DNA of 64,000 bases from Pecten maximus (lineage: Eukaryota): contig NC_047026.1 in assembly GCF_902652985.1 (NCBI RefSeq), positions 8,184,001 through 8,248,000 on the forward strand, given 5' to 3'. Shown here piece after piece: positions 62,257 through 64,000 of the stretch; the stretch's first letter is position 1; the number at the start of each line of letters is the position of its first letter. The position numbers and the translations under genes are program-made. Below the pieces are notes generated by a model that worked only from the letters and a program-made list of their open reading frames with translations, did no database searches and was not told the origin of the DNA.

Positions 62257-62579
62257 TCTTAATATGGCCACTTGGTGTCGCAAAACTTTCGTGGAAATGC
62301 TGAGTGTCACGTGACCTCGGTGTTCATCGTTTGGTGAAACGTGACCCCAATAGGTGTCACGCAAACTACATATCACCACTTTGTGTGAAGTGGCCAATAG
62401 GATGGTTACTGGGTGTCACGTGACCTTGGACATGTGTGAGGATACGATGTGTTCTGTGGTTACGTCCCAGTCACTTACCTTTCTGTGATGTCTCTCCTAG
62501 CAGCCACTGTTGCACAAAAACTTCAAAATGTTGTGTACGGCCTTAAATAAGAAAGTTTTCGTCTTTTTTTTAATTTCCA

Positions 62580-62585
62580 AATAAA
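62580..62585 (+). terminator. Candidate polyadenylation signal AATAAA
   Basis: AATAAA about 325 nt after the stop codon. The AT-rich context makes a chance occurrence plausible. Confidence 0.3.
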
Positions 62586-63837
62586 CAACAGAACACCGAT
62601 GATTGATTTTTAAACATCCATATTAATTACTAACTAATATTTATATTTGGCAGATATATTGTCTATGAAACGTAAGAACCGTACTAACGGAGCATATTGG
62701 CCTTGTTGTTTCACGTCTCATATACATATCATCAGGTGTCAATGTGTAAAATTTTAATCCTGTACGTTCAAACAAAGAAAATACAAAGCTAAAATTGAAT
62801 TGAACGAAATGCTTGAACATTTGTATTATTTAGGAAATTAAAAAGGTAATTTTGAAATTTTGAAAAAAAAAATATCTTTGGAAATAATACCCTGCCATCA
62901 TTCTACAACTACTACACATGTGATGTACATTCCATTATGTCGGTGCCTTATGCTCTCGTACTATTCTTGCGTACCGGATGTTGCGTACCGGATGTCCCTT
63001 ACTTCTTACCTAGTCTGGTTGTAGATTATTGCTTTGATAGCATTACTTTTATGTTTTATTTTTTCAATGTTTTCTTTTCAATTTGAAATATAATTGAAAC
63101 AAAGATTTTATTTTAAACGTGCGCATGTTATATATTTTGTTTTTAAAACTATTATCAATGATCCATTTAATCCTAGTTATGACCAATGAAATACTAGTAT
63201 ATAGACTTAATGAGAGAGTTTAACAATTACTTCATACATGATAAATTCTAAGCATATAAGGATAAAAAAAAACGAACAAAGAATTAGAGAAACATTATTC
63301 TAATTATAATAAAAAAATATATGCATTTGTGATGAACGTATTATCAACACAATAATAATCTCTCTATGTACCAGCACGTGAGGCATTAACGAACTCCACA
63401 TTTAATATTGAAATATTTACATAAATGTAACTGTACAATTCATTGTTATTGAATGTTGATGCAATATTTAATCTGTGTTTCATTCTATAAATAGTCGATA
63501 ATCATGACAGAAGTATGAAGGGTATTAGAATTACAACAATTTGTCCTTGGGGGAGGCCGTGTGTTTGTCGTAGGCGTCCAATCAATAGGTTCGTCATGTT
63601 GCTTAAGCAATATGGCATGATCGGGACGCATATATTTATTAAATTGGTGCCAAAGATTAGAACGCAATGTTAAAATTTATAAAAGGGAGACAACTTTTCT
63701 TATTAATGTTGCTTTGCTTTGTTGATGTAATATATTTCTACCTTTGTCTTTCCCTTGCAATCCTGATAGGTAACACAACGAAATAATCTCTGGAGTGTAC
63801 GGCTAAAAATATCAAATATAGGTGTCATTGTTATGTT

Positions 63838-63963
63838 ACTATGGAAACATATGCATATTCGTATGCTTTTAGCCAATCGATGACTTTTCTATAATCCACT
63901 ACTATGGAAACATATGCATATTCGTATGCTTTTAGCCAATCGATGACTTTTCTATAATCTACT
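63838..63963. repeat. Tandem duplication, 63-bp period, 2 copies
   Basis: ACTATGGAAACATATGCATATTCGTATGCTTTTAGCCAATCGATGACTTTTCTATAATC occurs twice. Confidence 0.95.
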
Positions 63964-64000
63964 ACACTGATACTATAAACAATCATATTATAATCGTACA

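Overview
AT-rich eukaryotic DNA. The repeat families (V-domain and CORE-like tRNA SINEs, Helentron/HINE elements with satellite cores) suggest a bivalve or other mollusc, which is an inference. Almost the whole window is one + strand, 21-exon gene for a type II membrane M13 zinc metallopeptidase (neprilysin / endothelin-converting-enzyme family). Reconstructed by hand, it runs from ATG 1176 to TAA 62256, with all GT-AG introns and consistent phases, giving 2442 nt and 813 aa. Intron 1 is about 32 kb and intron 2 about 12 kb. Catalytic motifs are intact (HEITH, ENIAD, HSP..R, C-terminal CEVW), but the substrate-binding VNAFY motif reads VESDY. Three features stand out. (1) A 49-bp head-to-tail array in intron 1 (14127-14420) whose unit is nothing but a minimal hammerhead ribozyme. 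The last two units together fold into a complete type III hammerhead in the sense of the host pre-mRNA, and degenerate relatives are scattered in the window. (2) A 1.7-kb HINE/Helentron-type element with a 145-bp satellite core, flanked by a near-identical 460-bp direct duplication that copies the symmetric 111-nt exon 15. (3) A 65-bp fold-back mini-element with a 10-bp target-site duplication. Most entries in the ORF track are chance or repeat-derived ORFs.
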